A program made the position numbers and the translations under genes. From contig JAQBHK010000368.1 in NCBI GenBank assembly GCA_032127815.1, forward strand, positions 7,779-31,778: a stretch of DNA of 24,000 nt. Direction: 5' to 3'. Under the pieces are notes generated by a model that saw nothing but the letters and a program-made list of their open reading frames with translations, had not been told where the DNA came from and searched no databases. The stretch is from Desulfobacterales bacterium. Lineage in GTDB: Bacteria; Desulfobacterota; Desulfobacteria; Desulfobacterales; UBA11574. Of the stretch, positions 1 to 8,045 are shown piece after piece (within the stretch, counting starts at the first letter, position 1; each line of letters begins with the position of its first letter).

Positions 1-1220
1 CTAACCAAATCTGAGCGTTCAAGCTCAATCAGGGCTTCAAAAAGATTGTCCGGCAGGGTGGCGATGCCCCTTGCCTTTCTATCGTTTGTGGACATCTGGT
101 AGATGTCCTCTTCCACAGGTTCCGGCAGTTCATATTCTTTTTCGATGCCTTTGAGACCGGCTGCCAGCATGACGGCAAACGCCAGATAAGGGTTGCAAGC
201 CGGATCAGGGGCACGGAATTCTATGCGGGTGGCAACTTCCTTGCCCGGTTTGTACATGGGAACCCTGACCATGGCCGAACGGTTCCGACGCGCCCAGGAG
301 ATATAAACAGGCGCCTCGTAACCCGGCACCAGTCGTTTGTAAGAGTTGACCCACTGATTGGTCACGGCGATGATCTCGCGGGCGTGCTTCATAATTCCGG
401 CAATATATCCTTTGGCGATTTTGGATAAATGGTAGGGGTCGCTGCCGTCAAAAAACAGATTTGCATCTCCTTTAAAAAGAGATTGATGCACATGCATACC
501 GCTGCCGTTCTCACCAAAGATCGGTTTGGGCATAAATGTGGCGTAATAACCATGTTGGCGGGCGATCTCCTTGACCACAATCCTATAGGTCATGGTTTTA
601 TCGGACATTTTAAGGGCTTCGTCATACCTTAAATCGATTTCATGCTGACTGGGTGCCACTTCATGATGGCTGTACTCGACCTGTATTCCCATGGACTGCA
701 AGGCGAAGATGGTTGCGCGTCTTAAATCAGACGCCATATCCAGAGGCAGGCTGTCAAAATATCCGCCCGTATCCAGTCCTTCGGGTTTGTCCTTGCTTTT
801 GAAGTAAAAGTATTCAAGCTCGGGACCGACGTAAAAAGTGTATCCTTTTTCCGCGATTTTATTCAAAAGACGCTTGAGAACATAACGGGGATCACCTTCA
901 TAAGGGGTATGATCCGGGTTGACGATATCACAGAACATGCGGGCCACGGGTCTTTCCTCCGGGCGCCACGGCAGCAGCTGAAAGGTCTTGGGGTCCGGCA
1001 AGGCCACCATATCGCTCTCTTCGATACGGGCGAAGCCTTCGATGGAAGACCCGTCAAAACCCATACCTTCGTTCATTCCCAATTCCAGTTCGGGCTGGGT
1101 AACGGCGAAGCTTTTCAGCATGCCCAGCACGTCTGTGAACCAGAACTGGACGAAGCTAACCCTTTTTTCTTTGACGATTCTCAAAACATCTTCTTTGGTC
1201 AAGTTAGAGTCAAAGCTCAT
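1..1220 (-). CDS. glnA: Glutamine synthetase type I, C-terminus runs off the left window edge
   Basis: Not in the ORF track because it is open-ended. My translation of the minus strand from ATG 1220-1218 (GGAGAA RBS just upstream) gives MSFDSNLTKEDVLRIVKEKRVSFVQFWFTDVLGMLKSF..GFDGSSIEGF..HHEVAPSQHEIDLRY..FMPKPIFGENGSGMHVHQSLF..NSYKRLVPGYEAPVYISWARRNRSAMVRVP, with no stop down to position 1. These are canonical GS-I signature blocks. Confidence 0.9.
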   Translation of the reverse strand, partial: MSFDSNLTKEDVLRIVKEKRVSFVQFWFTDVLGMLKSFAVTQPELELGMNEGMGFDGSSIEGFARIEESDMVALPDPKTFQLLPWRPEERPVARMFCDIVNPDHTPYEGDPRYVLKRLLNKIAEKGYTFYVGPELEYFYFKSKDKPEGLDTGGYFDSLPLDMASDLRRATIFALQSMGIQVEYSHHEVAPSQHEIDLRYDEALKMSDKTMTYRIVVKEIARQHGYYATFMPKPIFGENGSGMHVHQSLFKGDANLFFDGSDPYHLSKIAKGYIAGIMKHAREIIAVTNQWVNSYKRLVPGYEAPVYISWARRNRSAMVRVPMYKPGKEVATRIEFRAPDPACNPYLAFAVMLAAGLKGIEKEYELPEPVEEDIYQMSTNDRKARGIATLPDNLFEALIELERSDLV

Positions 1221-1383
1221 TTTGTTTTCTCCTTTTAGATAGATGCAAACATAGCCTATACAACTTCTGCAAAACTTTTAAGGCATAGATATTTTAAAGT
1301 ATTCCACTCGAACCCTTGAATTCTTGAATCCTTGGGATCACTCCAACTCTTTTGGAGATGACCCAAATATTTTTATTTTTGGG

Positions 1384-1411
1384 TTGAATGTCAACAAAAA
1401 ACATCTATAAT
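1384..1411 (+). promoter_or_regulatory. Putative sigma70 promoter for serA
   Basis: TTGAAT (1384-1389), 16 nt spacer, then a perfect TATAAT (1406-1411), about 105 nt upstream of the serA ATG. Confidence 0.35.
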
Positions 1412-1518
1412 GCCCTATTATTTTAATTTTAGATTGGAAACTACATAGTGCTTAAACGTATTTATGGATGGGCACTAATTAGGATTATATCATATTTTTT
1501 AGTTTTAGGAGGAATATC

Positions 1519-3105
1519 ATGAAAGTACTGGTCAGCGACAATCTGGGTGCAGCCGGCATTCAGATGTTTCAAGAGGAGGAGGGCATTGAAGTTGATGTAA
1601 ATACCGGCCTGTCTCCCGAAGAACTTAAAAGTATTATCGGCAACTATGATGCCCTGGTTATCCGCAGCGCTACAAAGGTTACAGAGGATCTGCTGAAAGC
1701 GGCAACACGCCTTAAGGTCATAGGCCGGGCCGGAATCGGTCTTGATAACGTGGACATACCGGCGGCTACCAAGCGCGGTATTATTGTTATGAATACTCCC
1801 GGCGGCAACATTATTACAACCGCCGAACATGCGATCGGCATGATAATGGCGTTGTCGCGCAATATCCCCGAGGGAACCGCGTCTTTAAAGGCCGGCCGCT
1901 GGGACAAAAAGAAACTGCAGGGCAGGGAGGTATACAATAAGATCCTCGGAATTATCGGTTTAGGGAAAATCGGTTCCATTGTAGCCGATCGCGCACGCGG
2001 GCTGAAGATGCGGGTGATTGTTCACGATCCTTTTGTCAGGCCCGAGCAGATTGAAAAGGAAGGCTATGAGAGTGTCTCCCTGGAAGAATTATACCGCCGA
2101 GCCGATTACATCACCATCCATGTTCCCAAGTTAAAGGATACCGACGGACTGATCAACAAGGACGCTTTCGAGCAGATGAAAGATGGCGTTATGATCATAA
2201 ACTGCGCCCGCGGCGGGATTGTAAATGAGTCTGATCTGCACGATGCCTTGGAATCGGGGAAAGTCGCCGGTGCCGCTCTGGACGTTTTTGAGACTGAACC
2301 TCCCGGCATTTGCAAGCTGATTGAGCATGATCGGCTGATTTGCACACCCCATCTGGGGGCGTCCACCCAGGAAGCCCAGACCAAGGTGGCGGTCGATGTC
2401 GCCAGCCAGATCATAGACTATCTCAAGTACGGCACAATTTTGAACGCCGTCAATTTCCCGTCGGTAACCGGCGACCTTCTCAAAAAACTACAACCCTTAT
2501 TGACTTTGGCCGATCAGATGGGCAGCCTCCAGGCCCAGTTGGTGCAGGGACCGGTCGAGGAAGTCTCCATTGAATATGGCGGGGATTTCAAAGGACTTGA
2601 TCTGTCACCGGTTTCAATAGCGGTGTTGAGAGGGTTGCTGGCGCCGGTTGTCAAAGACGATGTCAATTTCGTCAATGCCCAGATTCTTGCAAAAGAAAGA
2701 GGGATAAAGATCAAAGAGACAACCAGTGATGATTCCGAAGAGTATATCAATCTGGTTACCATCAAGGTGGTTACCGCTGAAATGACCAGCACGGTATCCG
2801 GAACCATTTTTGGCAAGAATCAGACGCGCGTGGTAAAAATCAACAATTTTCGCCTCGAGCTGATTCCCCAGGGTCACCTGGCGCTGGTCTACAATCTTGA
2901 TAAGCCGGGAGCTATTGGAAGTTTCGCAAAACTGCTCGGTGACAATAATATTAACATCGACCAGATGCAGGTGGGCCAGGAAGAGACCGGAAAAATGAAC
3001 ATCATTTTTCTAAAAACCAACGTTTCGATCAGCGAAAAAGTTGTTGAAAAGCTTCTTGAACTGCCGCTGATTATATCGGTGACGCCGTTAGAGTTCGACA
3101 CTTAA
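1519..3105 (+). CDS. serA: D-3-phosphoglycerate dehydrogenase, long form with C-terminal ASB/ACT regulatory region
   Basis: 528 aa ORF with AGGAGG RBS. NAD-binding GIIGLGKIGSIVA motif, 2-hydroxyacid dehydrogenase catalytic region (NCARGG, HLGAST), and a roughly 200 aa C-terminal extension typical of type I PGDH. Confidence 0.93.
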   Translation: MKVLVSDNLGAAGIQMFQEEEGIEVDVNTGLSPEELKSIIGNYDALVIRSATKVTEDLLKAATRLKVIGRAGIGLDNVDIPAATKRGIIVMNTPGGNIITTAEHAIGMIMALSRNIPEGTASLKAGRWDKKKLQGREVYNKILGIIGLGKIGSIVADRARGLKMRVIVHDPFVRPEQIEKEGYESVSLEELYRRADYITIHVPKLKDTDGLINKDAFEQMKDGVMIINCARGGIVNESDLHDALESGKVAGAALDVFETEPPGICKLIEHDRLICTPHLGASTQEAQTKVAVDVASQIIDYLKYGTILNAVNFPSVTGDLLKKLQPLLTLADQMGSLQAQLVQGPVEEVSIEYGGDFKGLDLSPVSIAVLRGLLAPVVKDDVNFVNAQILAKERGIKIKETTSDDSEEYINLVTIKVVTAEMTSTVSGTIFGKNQTRVVKINNFRLELIPQGHLALVYNLDKPGAIGSFAKLLGDNNINIDQMQVGQEETGKMNIIFLKTNVSISEKVVEKLLELPLIISVTPLEFDT

Positions 3106-3165
3106 TGCTCTAATTCATAAATTCGGTGCCGTATAATAAGTATAGTTGATTACAGAATTTTTTGT

Positions 3166-3364
3166 CTCACAGAGCACACAGAGGACACCGAGTTTTGATC
3201 TGGATTGCTGAGAGGGCAATCCAGATCTATCTTCTATCCAACTGCTGCTGGAAGCCTGCCCCGGAAGGGGTTGAGTATTTGCTATGATTTTGGAGGCCAG
3301 TCACGTTTTTAACGGAATAAAGGATTCTGATTAAAAATCTCTGCGGCTCTGTGTACTCTGTGAG
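3166..3364. repeat. Palindromic intergenic element (element C): CACAGAG-repeat terminal inverted repeats around a perfect 12-bp hairpin
   Basis: Left end is CTCACAGAGCACACAGAGGACACCGAG. The reverse complement of the right end is CTCACAGAGTACACAGAGCCGCAGAG. Internal hairpin GATCTGGATTGC (3197-3208) / GCAATCCAGATC (3216-3227). Confidence 0.5.
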
Positions 3365-3427
3365 AAATATAAAAGACCCTTTCAGGGTTGCTATTAAGCC
3401 ACCCTTATTAGGAGTGGTATTTGATTG

Positions 3428-4030
3428 ATGACTGACAATTACGCCAAAATTGTTCGCAGCAATCTCGAAAAACTATATCTTAACCTGCCGCCGGATCTGG
3501 CCCGGGAATTACCTGCCCGGCAAAGCGGGGAGCGGTTTGAATTTGACGCTTTCGGCGCACAATGTGAGATCCGGCCGGATGGGATCTTGCTGGATACAGA
3601 GCCGCAGGGCGGACCGGTCGGGATTCTGCTCTCGCTGTACGCCCTGGGCGCCCAAAACGAACTTTGTGTGCCGGAGCCTTTTAAAGCCTTCAAGAATTTC
3701 CCCGACAGCATGCCCTATGCCGCGGCCTTTGTCACCCACACCCAGCAAATTATGGTACCTTATGTCGAGAATATCGAGAAAAACCATGGCCACATAATGG
3801 AAAATCTGAAGGGCCGGGCGGCGCCGTCCGGGGTGGGCGGTGATTTTGCATTTGTGGTTTATCCTTTGCCCAAAATTGCCCTGTGCTATATTTTTTACAT
3901 GGCCGATGATGATTTTCCGGCTTCGGTTACCTGTCTTTATTCCAGCAACGCCCGACAGTTTTTGACGGTTGACGCCTTGGCCGATGTGGGGGAATATACC
4001 TCTAAAAAAATCATAGATCTTAGTAAATAA
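3428..4030 (+). CDS. DUF3786 domain protein
   Basis: ATG at 3428 (the track TTG at 3425 is one codon upstream), with AGGAGTGG RBS. The pattern FDAFG..C.I, central F..F...P....Y..AF and C-terminal GD..F.V.P....IF...DDDFP.S matches my recollection of the DUF3786 family. Only 14 nt separate it from the response regulator gene. Confidence 0.6.
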   Translation: MTDNYAKIVRSNLEKLYLNLPPDLARELPARQSGERFEFDAFGAQCEIRPDGILLDTEPQGGPVGILLSLYALGAQNELCVPEPFKAFKNFPDSMPYAAAFVTHTQQIMVPYVENIEKNHGHIMENLKGRAAPSGVGGDFAFVVYPLPKIALCYIFYMADDDFPASVTCLYSSNARQFLTVDALADVGEYTSKKIIDLSK

Positions 4031-4044
4031 GGCGTGGAAAACGT

Positions 4045-4773
4045 ATGCCTCAAGCGTCTGGAAAAACCGTTCTGGTTATCGAAGATGACCGCAACACGGC
4101 CGATCTTATCGCTCTCTACTTGGAGCGTGAAGGTTTCCGGGCTCTGACGGCCGGTGACGGCGAAGCCGGTTTGGCTTTGGCCGAGCAATACCGGCCGGAT
4201 CTGGTCGTCCTGGACCTGATGCTCCCGAAAATAGACGGATGGGAGGTCTGCCGGCGCCTGCGAAAGAGATCCGAGGTGCCGGTCATCATGCTCACGGCCC
4301 GGGGCGAAGAGATAGACCGGGTGGCCGGACTCACCCTGGGGGCCGACGACTACGTAGTGAAACCCTTCAGCCCCCGGGAACTGGTGGCGCGCGTCAAGGC
4401 TGTTTTGAGGCGGGTTCCCCGTCCGGATGCCGCCGCGAAAACGCTTCTCTCCCACGCCGATGTGGTCCTGGATCTGGAAAAGCGCAGGCTGAGCGTTGCG
4501 GGTCGGCCGGTCTCCCTTACTCCCCATGAGTACGCTCTATTAGAGGCTCTAATGTCCGCTCCGGGCAGGCTTTTCACCCGGGACGAAATGCTGAACCACC
4601 TCTATCCGCGGGGCGAAGCTGTCGTGATCGACCGCGTGGTGGACGTTCACATTGGAAAGCTCAGGCAGAAAATCGAACCGGAACCGTCCGATCCCCGTTA
4701 TATCCTGACCGTACGCGGCGTCGGGTACCGGTTTGCAGACCGGCAATCCCAGCGCATGGAGCCCCCCCGATGA
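4045..4773 (+). CDS. OmpR/PhoB-family response regulator
   Basis: Receiver domain (VLVIEDD, DLVVLDLMLP, VIMLTA, KPF) plus winged-helix output (LTPHEYALLEAL, VDVHIGKLRQKIE, TVRGVGYRF). Its stop overlaps the kinase start (ATGA at 4770-4773). Confidence 0.92.
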   Translation: MPQASGKTVLVIEDDRNTADLIALYLEREGFRALTAGDGEAGLALAEQYRPDLVVLDLMLPKIDGWEVCRRLRKRSEVPVIMLTARGEEIDRVAGLTLGADDYVVKPFSPRELVARVKAVLRRVPRPDAAAKTLLSHADVVLDLEKRRLSVAGRPVSLTPHEYALLEALMSAPGRLFTRDEMLNHLYPRGEAVVIDRVVDVHIGKLRQKIEPEPSDPRYILTVRGVGYRFADRQSQRMEPPR

Positions 4774-5843
4774 AACGGTATCTGATCATCAAGCTGCTGG
4801 CCGTCAACTTGGCGGTGATCGGTTTTGTTATGGTGATTGTGTGGCTCTCCATCGATACCCTGGCCGCGGGATACTTTGTCACGCTCATGGAAAAGTACAA
4901 CATCTCGCCTGAGCCGGCGCATGCCATGTTTATCAGTGCCGTACACCGCTACCTGCTCTGGGCCTGCCTTGCGGCTGTAATTCTCGCCGTAATACTCAGT
5001 TTCGTGATGATGCGCAGGGTTCTGGCTCCCTTGACCCGCATGACCGCGATCTCCCGGGAAATTGCCGCCGGCAACTTTGCCGTCCGGGTTCCGGCCGACA
5101 CCGAAGATGAGGTGGGCCAGCTCGCCCGGGCCTTTAACCGCATGTCTGTGAGCCTGGAGAAGCTCGAGAACCTGCGGCGCACCCTGATGATCGACGTGGC
5201 CCACGAGCTTCGTACTCCCCTGACCAACATCCAAGGATACCTGGAAGCTCTCAATGACGACGTGCTGCCCCCTTCGTCCAAAATCTTCGCCCTGCTTCAG
5301 GATGAGACTCTGCGGCTGGCTCAGCTTGTGGAGGACGTGCTGCAGCTCGCCCGGGCCGATGCGTCCCACGGCAATTTGCACCGCGATCCCACGGACCTGA
5401 AGGAGGCGGTCAACGCCGCCTTAGAGACCTTTGCCCTCACATTTACCCAAAAATCCGTTACCATAAGCATTCACGCTCCGGATGGCCCGTTGACGGTGCC
5501 GGCCGACCGGGACCGCATCGCCCGTGTCCTGCGGAACCTGACCGACAACGCCGCCCGCTACACGCCCCCCAACGGGGAGGTAAAGATCCTGATTGAACCC
5601 GGTTCCCGGCAGGTTCGCATCGTTTACGTCAACAACAGCGGGGAGCTTATCCCCGAGGACCTGCCTTACATTTTCGAGCGCTTTTACCGCGGGGAAAAAT
5701 CTCGTTCCCGGCAGCACGGCGGTGCCGGCATCGGCTTGTCCATCGTCAAGGAACTGGTCGAGGCCCATGGCGGCACGGTCGGCGCCGAACTGGTCGAAAG
5801 TAATATCCGCATCTGGTTTGAGCTTCCCATGGACCTTTCTTAA
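4770..5843 (+). CDS. HAMP-domain sensor histidine kinase with a very short extracytoplasmic loop
   Basis: Two N-terminal TM segments flank a loop of about 30 aa. HAMP region, H-box DVAHELRTPLT, N box LTDNAARYT, G boxes GGAGIGLSIVKELVEAHGG. Confidence 0.9.
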   Translation: MKRYLIIKLLAVNLAVIGFVMVIVWLSIDTLAAGYFVTLMEKYNISPEPAHAMFISAVHRYLLWACLAAVILAVILSFVMMRRVLAPLTRMTAISREIAAGNFAVRVPADTEDEVGQLARAFNRMSVSLEKLENLRRTLMIDVAHELRTPLTNIQGYLEALNDDVLPPSSKIFALLQDETLRLAQLVEDVLQLARADASHGNLHRDPTDLKEAVNAALETFALTFTQKSVTISIHAPDGPLTVPADRDRIARVLRNLTDNAARYTPPNGEVKILIEPGSRQVRIVYVNNSGELIPEDLPYIFERFYRGEKSRSRQHGGAGIGLSIVKELVEAHGGTVGAELVESNIRIWFELPMDLS

Positions 5844-5856
5844 ATCGTTAGCGTTT

Positions 5857-5950
5857 ACAGGTTCAGAGTTCACCGTTCAGGGTTGTTTTTTTGTGCCTTT
5901 ACTAAATAGCTCCGAACCTTGAACCTTTGAACCCTGAACCCTAAACCTGT
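5857..5950. repeat. Long imperfect palindrome built from GTTCAGG-type heptamer repeats (element D), directly after the kinase stop
   Basis: Left arm is ACAGGTTCAGAGTTCACCGTTCAGGGTT. The reverse complement of the right arm is ACAGGTTTAGGGTTCAGGGTTCAAAGGTTCAAGGTT. The first 23 aligned positions contain 4 mismatches by hand alignment. A T7 run follows the left arm. Confidence 0.5.
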
Positions 5951-6109
5951 GAACGGTCACCTTAAATCTTTACCAAATCTTTACAGTATCTTTATACGCC
6001 CTTCATCCTGCTGTCTTATATTCCGTACAGGGAAAAATCGAACGCCGGTCTTTACTAGGACCGAATGCGTATTATTCTAAATCATGTTCACAAAAAGTGG
6101 AGGTGTCTC

Positions 6110-7297
6110 ATGAAAACCTTAAATATTACGATCATCGTCCTGGTAGCGGTACTGTTGGGCTACCACCAGGTCAGCAGCAGGGATGGAAATATGGAGGAAA
6201 AGATGAACGATAAACCCCAAAAGACTCAAACGGCTGTCTTTGCCGGCGGCTGTTTTTGGTGCACGGAATCTGATTTTGAAAAAATAGAAGGCGTGTTCGA
6301 GGCCATCTCAGGCTACACCGGCGGTCGCCAGGCCAATCCCACCTACCGCCAGGTTTCCGCAGGCGGCAGCGGGCACATTGAGGCCGTCAAGGTGGTTTAC
6401 GATCCGGACAAGATTACCTACGAGGAACTGCTCGAGGTGTTTTGGAGGCACGTGGATCCCACGGATGCCGGGGGCCAGTTCGTGGACCGGGGCTCTCAAT
6501 ATCGCAGTGCCATCTTCTATGCCAACGAGCAGGAGAAGCGCCTGGCCGAGGAATCCAAGAAACGCCTGGAAGCCACGGGCCACTTCGGCAAGCCCATCGT
6601 ATCCGATATTTTGCCGCTGGGTCCCTTTTACACGGCAGAGGAGTATCACCAGGATTACTACAAAAAAAAACCGATTCGCTATCACTATTACCGCTCCGGC
6701 TCCGGCCGGGAACAGTTTTTGGAAAAGGCATGGAAAGACATGCAGTCCGGGATGAAGGATGAGATGCAAAAGACAGCAATGACCGCGGACCCGATGAAAG
6801 AGGAAGTGGGCGGCGGCATGTCACCAAAGATGGATACCGGCATGAAAAATGCCGGCGGAATGTACACCCTGCCCGATGACGAGGAACTGCGCCGGAGGTT
6901 AACACCCATGCAGTACAAGGTAGCGCGGCAGGACGGCACCGAGCCGCCCTTTAACAACGAATACTGGAATAACCACCAAGCGGGCCTTTATGTGGACATT
7001 GTCTCGGGCGAACCGCTCTTCAGCTCCACGGACAAGTTCGATTCTAAAACCGGCTGGCCGAGCTTCACCCGGCCTCTGGTTCCGGAGAATGTTGTCCAAA
7101 AGTCTGACCGGAGTTTTTTCATGACGCGCACCGAGGTGCGCAGCAAGTATGGCGACTCGCACCTGGGGCACCTGTTCAACGACGGGCCTGAGCCTACGGG
7201 CCTGCGTTACTGCATTAACTCGGCCGCTCTGCGGTTCATTCCCAAGGCGGACCTTGAAAAGGAAGGCTACGGGAAATATCGGAAGCTGTTTGAATGA
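6110..7297 (+). CDS. msrAB: Exported bifunctional methionine sulfoxide reductase MsrA-MsrB fusion
   Basis: ATG at 6110 preceded by a GTGGAGG RBS; the track start at 6065 lacks an RBS. N-terminal hydrophobic signal or anchor [18 protein letters not shown]. MsrA active site GGCFWC. MsrB block [15 protein letters not shown], without the zinc CxxC pairs. Confidence 0.9.
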   Translation: MKTLNITIIVLVAVLLGYHQVSSRDGNMEEKMNDKPQKTQTAVFAGGCFWCTESDFEKIEGVFEAISGYTGGRQANPTYRQVSAGGSGHIEAVKVVYDPDKITYEELLEVFWRHVDPTDAGGQFVDRGSQYRSAIFYANEQEKRLAEESKKRLEATGHFGKPIVSDILPLGPFYTAEEYHQDYYKKKPIRYHYYRSGSGREQFLEKAWKDMQSGMKDEMQKTAMTADPMKEEVGGGMSPKMDTGMKNAGGMYTLPDDEELRRRLTPMQYKVARQDGTEPPFNNEYWNNHQAGLYVDIVSGEPLFSSTDKFDSKTGWPSFTRPLVPENVVQKSDRSFFMTRTEVRSKYGDSHLGHLFNDGPEPTGLRYCINSAALRFIPKADLEKEGYGKYRKLFE

Positions 7298-7329
7298 TTA
7301 ATTAACATATTGCTTTTCTTTTTTGTTTA

Positions 7330-7594
7330 GACAGGATCAACAGGATCTTCAGGATTTACTTATAATTTTCACAGTTTCTCCCGTCATGCGGGACAGGCGA
7401 AAGAAACTGTGAAAGACTAATCCATCTGTCGGTTGAGATTAGATCATCAAGCTCGAATTACAGAAGTGACTGTGGCTTCCAGCTATTACTTATTCGCCGC
7501 AGGCGATGATGTTTTAGCCGTTTCATCTGCTTGTCCCGCAAAGCGGGAGAAACGGCTAAAGATTAAAAATCCAGTTAATCCTGTACATCCTGTC
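7330..7594. mobile_element. MITE-like non-coding element, ACAGGAT-repeat TIR family, copy A
   Basis: TIRs are GACAGGATCAACAGGATCTTCAGGATTT and, as reverse complement of the right end, GACAGGATGTACAGGATTAACTGGATTT. Two perfect internal hairpins: 7367-7379 / 7402-7414 (13 bp) and 7513-7524 / 7549-7560 (12 bp). No plausible ORF. A second copy lies at 22834-23076. Confidence 0.5.
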
Positions 7595-7802
7595 AAAATA
7601 AATTCTTAGCGACTGACCGAAAACATTACGGTGATGCCGCTGCAAAGTATTCCCGAGGTCTGGTTGTATACTGCGCCAGTATCCAGTATCCCGTATCAGG
7701 GCTTCCTGTGCCGCTCCTCCACCAGCGCCTTGGCGTGAAACACTCAGCTTCCGATCAGCAGGATCGATCATTTGCCGGCGCCTCGGCGGCATATAAAAAA
7801 AA

Positions 7803-7840
7803 TTGACATTATATGCATAATGTGACAATTTTATGCATAA
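7803..7840 (+). promoter_or_regulatory. Putative vapBC-1 promoter/operator with a duplicated TGACA-N3-4-TATGCATAA motif
   Basis: TTGACATTATATGCATAA (7803-7820) and GTGACAATTTTATGCATAA (7822-7840) form a direct repeat. Each contains the palindrome ATGCAT and lies 14 nt upstream of the vapB ATG. I could not place a clean -10 box. Confidence 0.35.
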
Positions 7841-7853
7841 AGAGGGGGCGATA

Positions 7854-8045
7854 ATGAGAACAACGCTTGATTTACCTGAAGATTTATTAGATGAGGCTAT
7901 GAAAGCTACCCAAATTAAGACAAAGACCAGAGTCATAATCACAGCCTTGGAAGAATTAATTAGAAAGTCAAAAATTTCAGAGTTAAAAGAATTTAAAGGA
8001 AAAGTTGATTTGGACATTGATTTAGACACTATCAGAGGGCGTTAA
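7854..8045 (+). CDS. vapB: VapB-type antitoxin (MRTTLDLPEDLL class, DUF2191-like)
   Basis: ATG at 7854 with a GAGGGGG RBS; the track start at 7833 lies inside the operator. The N-terminus MRTTLDLPEDLLDEAMK is typical of this antitoxin class. Its stop overlaps the PIN gene start (TAATG at 8043-8047). Confidence 0.75.
   Translation: MRTTLDLPEDLLDEAMKATQIKTKTRVIITALEELIRKSKISELKEFKGKVDLDIDLDTIRGR

Noticed and set aside
909-1242. Plus-strand ORFs of 109 aa and 84 aa
   Set aside because: They are antisense to the strongly supported glnA reading frame, which the track omits because it is open at the window edge.
1221-1380. Sigma54 (GG-N10-GC) promoter upstream of glnA
   Set aside because: The best candidate, AGGCTATGTTTGCA on the minus strand, has the wrong GG-to-GC spacing (10 instead of 12 positions). 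I could not find a convincing match by eye.
4698-5381. 227-aa minus-strand ORF, and several other long antisense ORFs (3937-4527, 5421-5873, 14903-15673, 16168-16689, 21180-21707)
   Set aside because: All lie antisense to well-supported genes in GC-rich DNA. They have Arg/Gly/Pro-rich low-complexity translations and lack RBSs. These are typical shadow ORFs.
7367-7560. GTTTC...GAAAC hairpins as possible CRISPR repeats
   Set aside because: There is no regular repeat-spacer periodicity. The stems are parts of single palindromes inside TIR-bounded elements, and no cas genes are present in the window.
7690-7790. Possible IS3-family transposase remnant (minus-strand peptide MIDPADRKLSVSRQ resembles the ..LSxxRQC.LLG.SRS motif)
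   Set aside because: The similarity is limited to about 7 residues. None of the three frames continues with the expected C.LLG.SRS..YY block. It is too short to call without a database search.
7556-8029. 157-aa minus-strand ORF from the track
   Set aside because: It runs antisense through vapB and its operator, then into the right end of MITE-like element A. It has low-complexity composition, no RBS and no recognisable domain. It is best explained as a chance ORF in AT-rich DNA.
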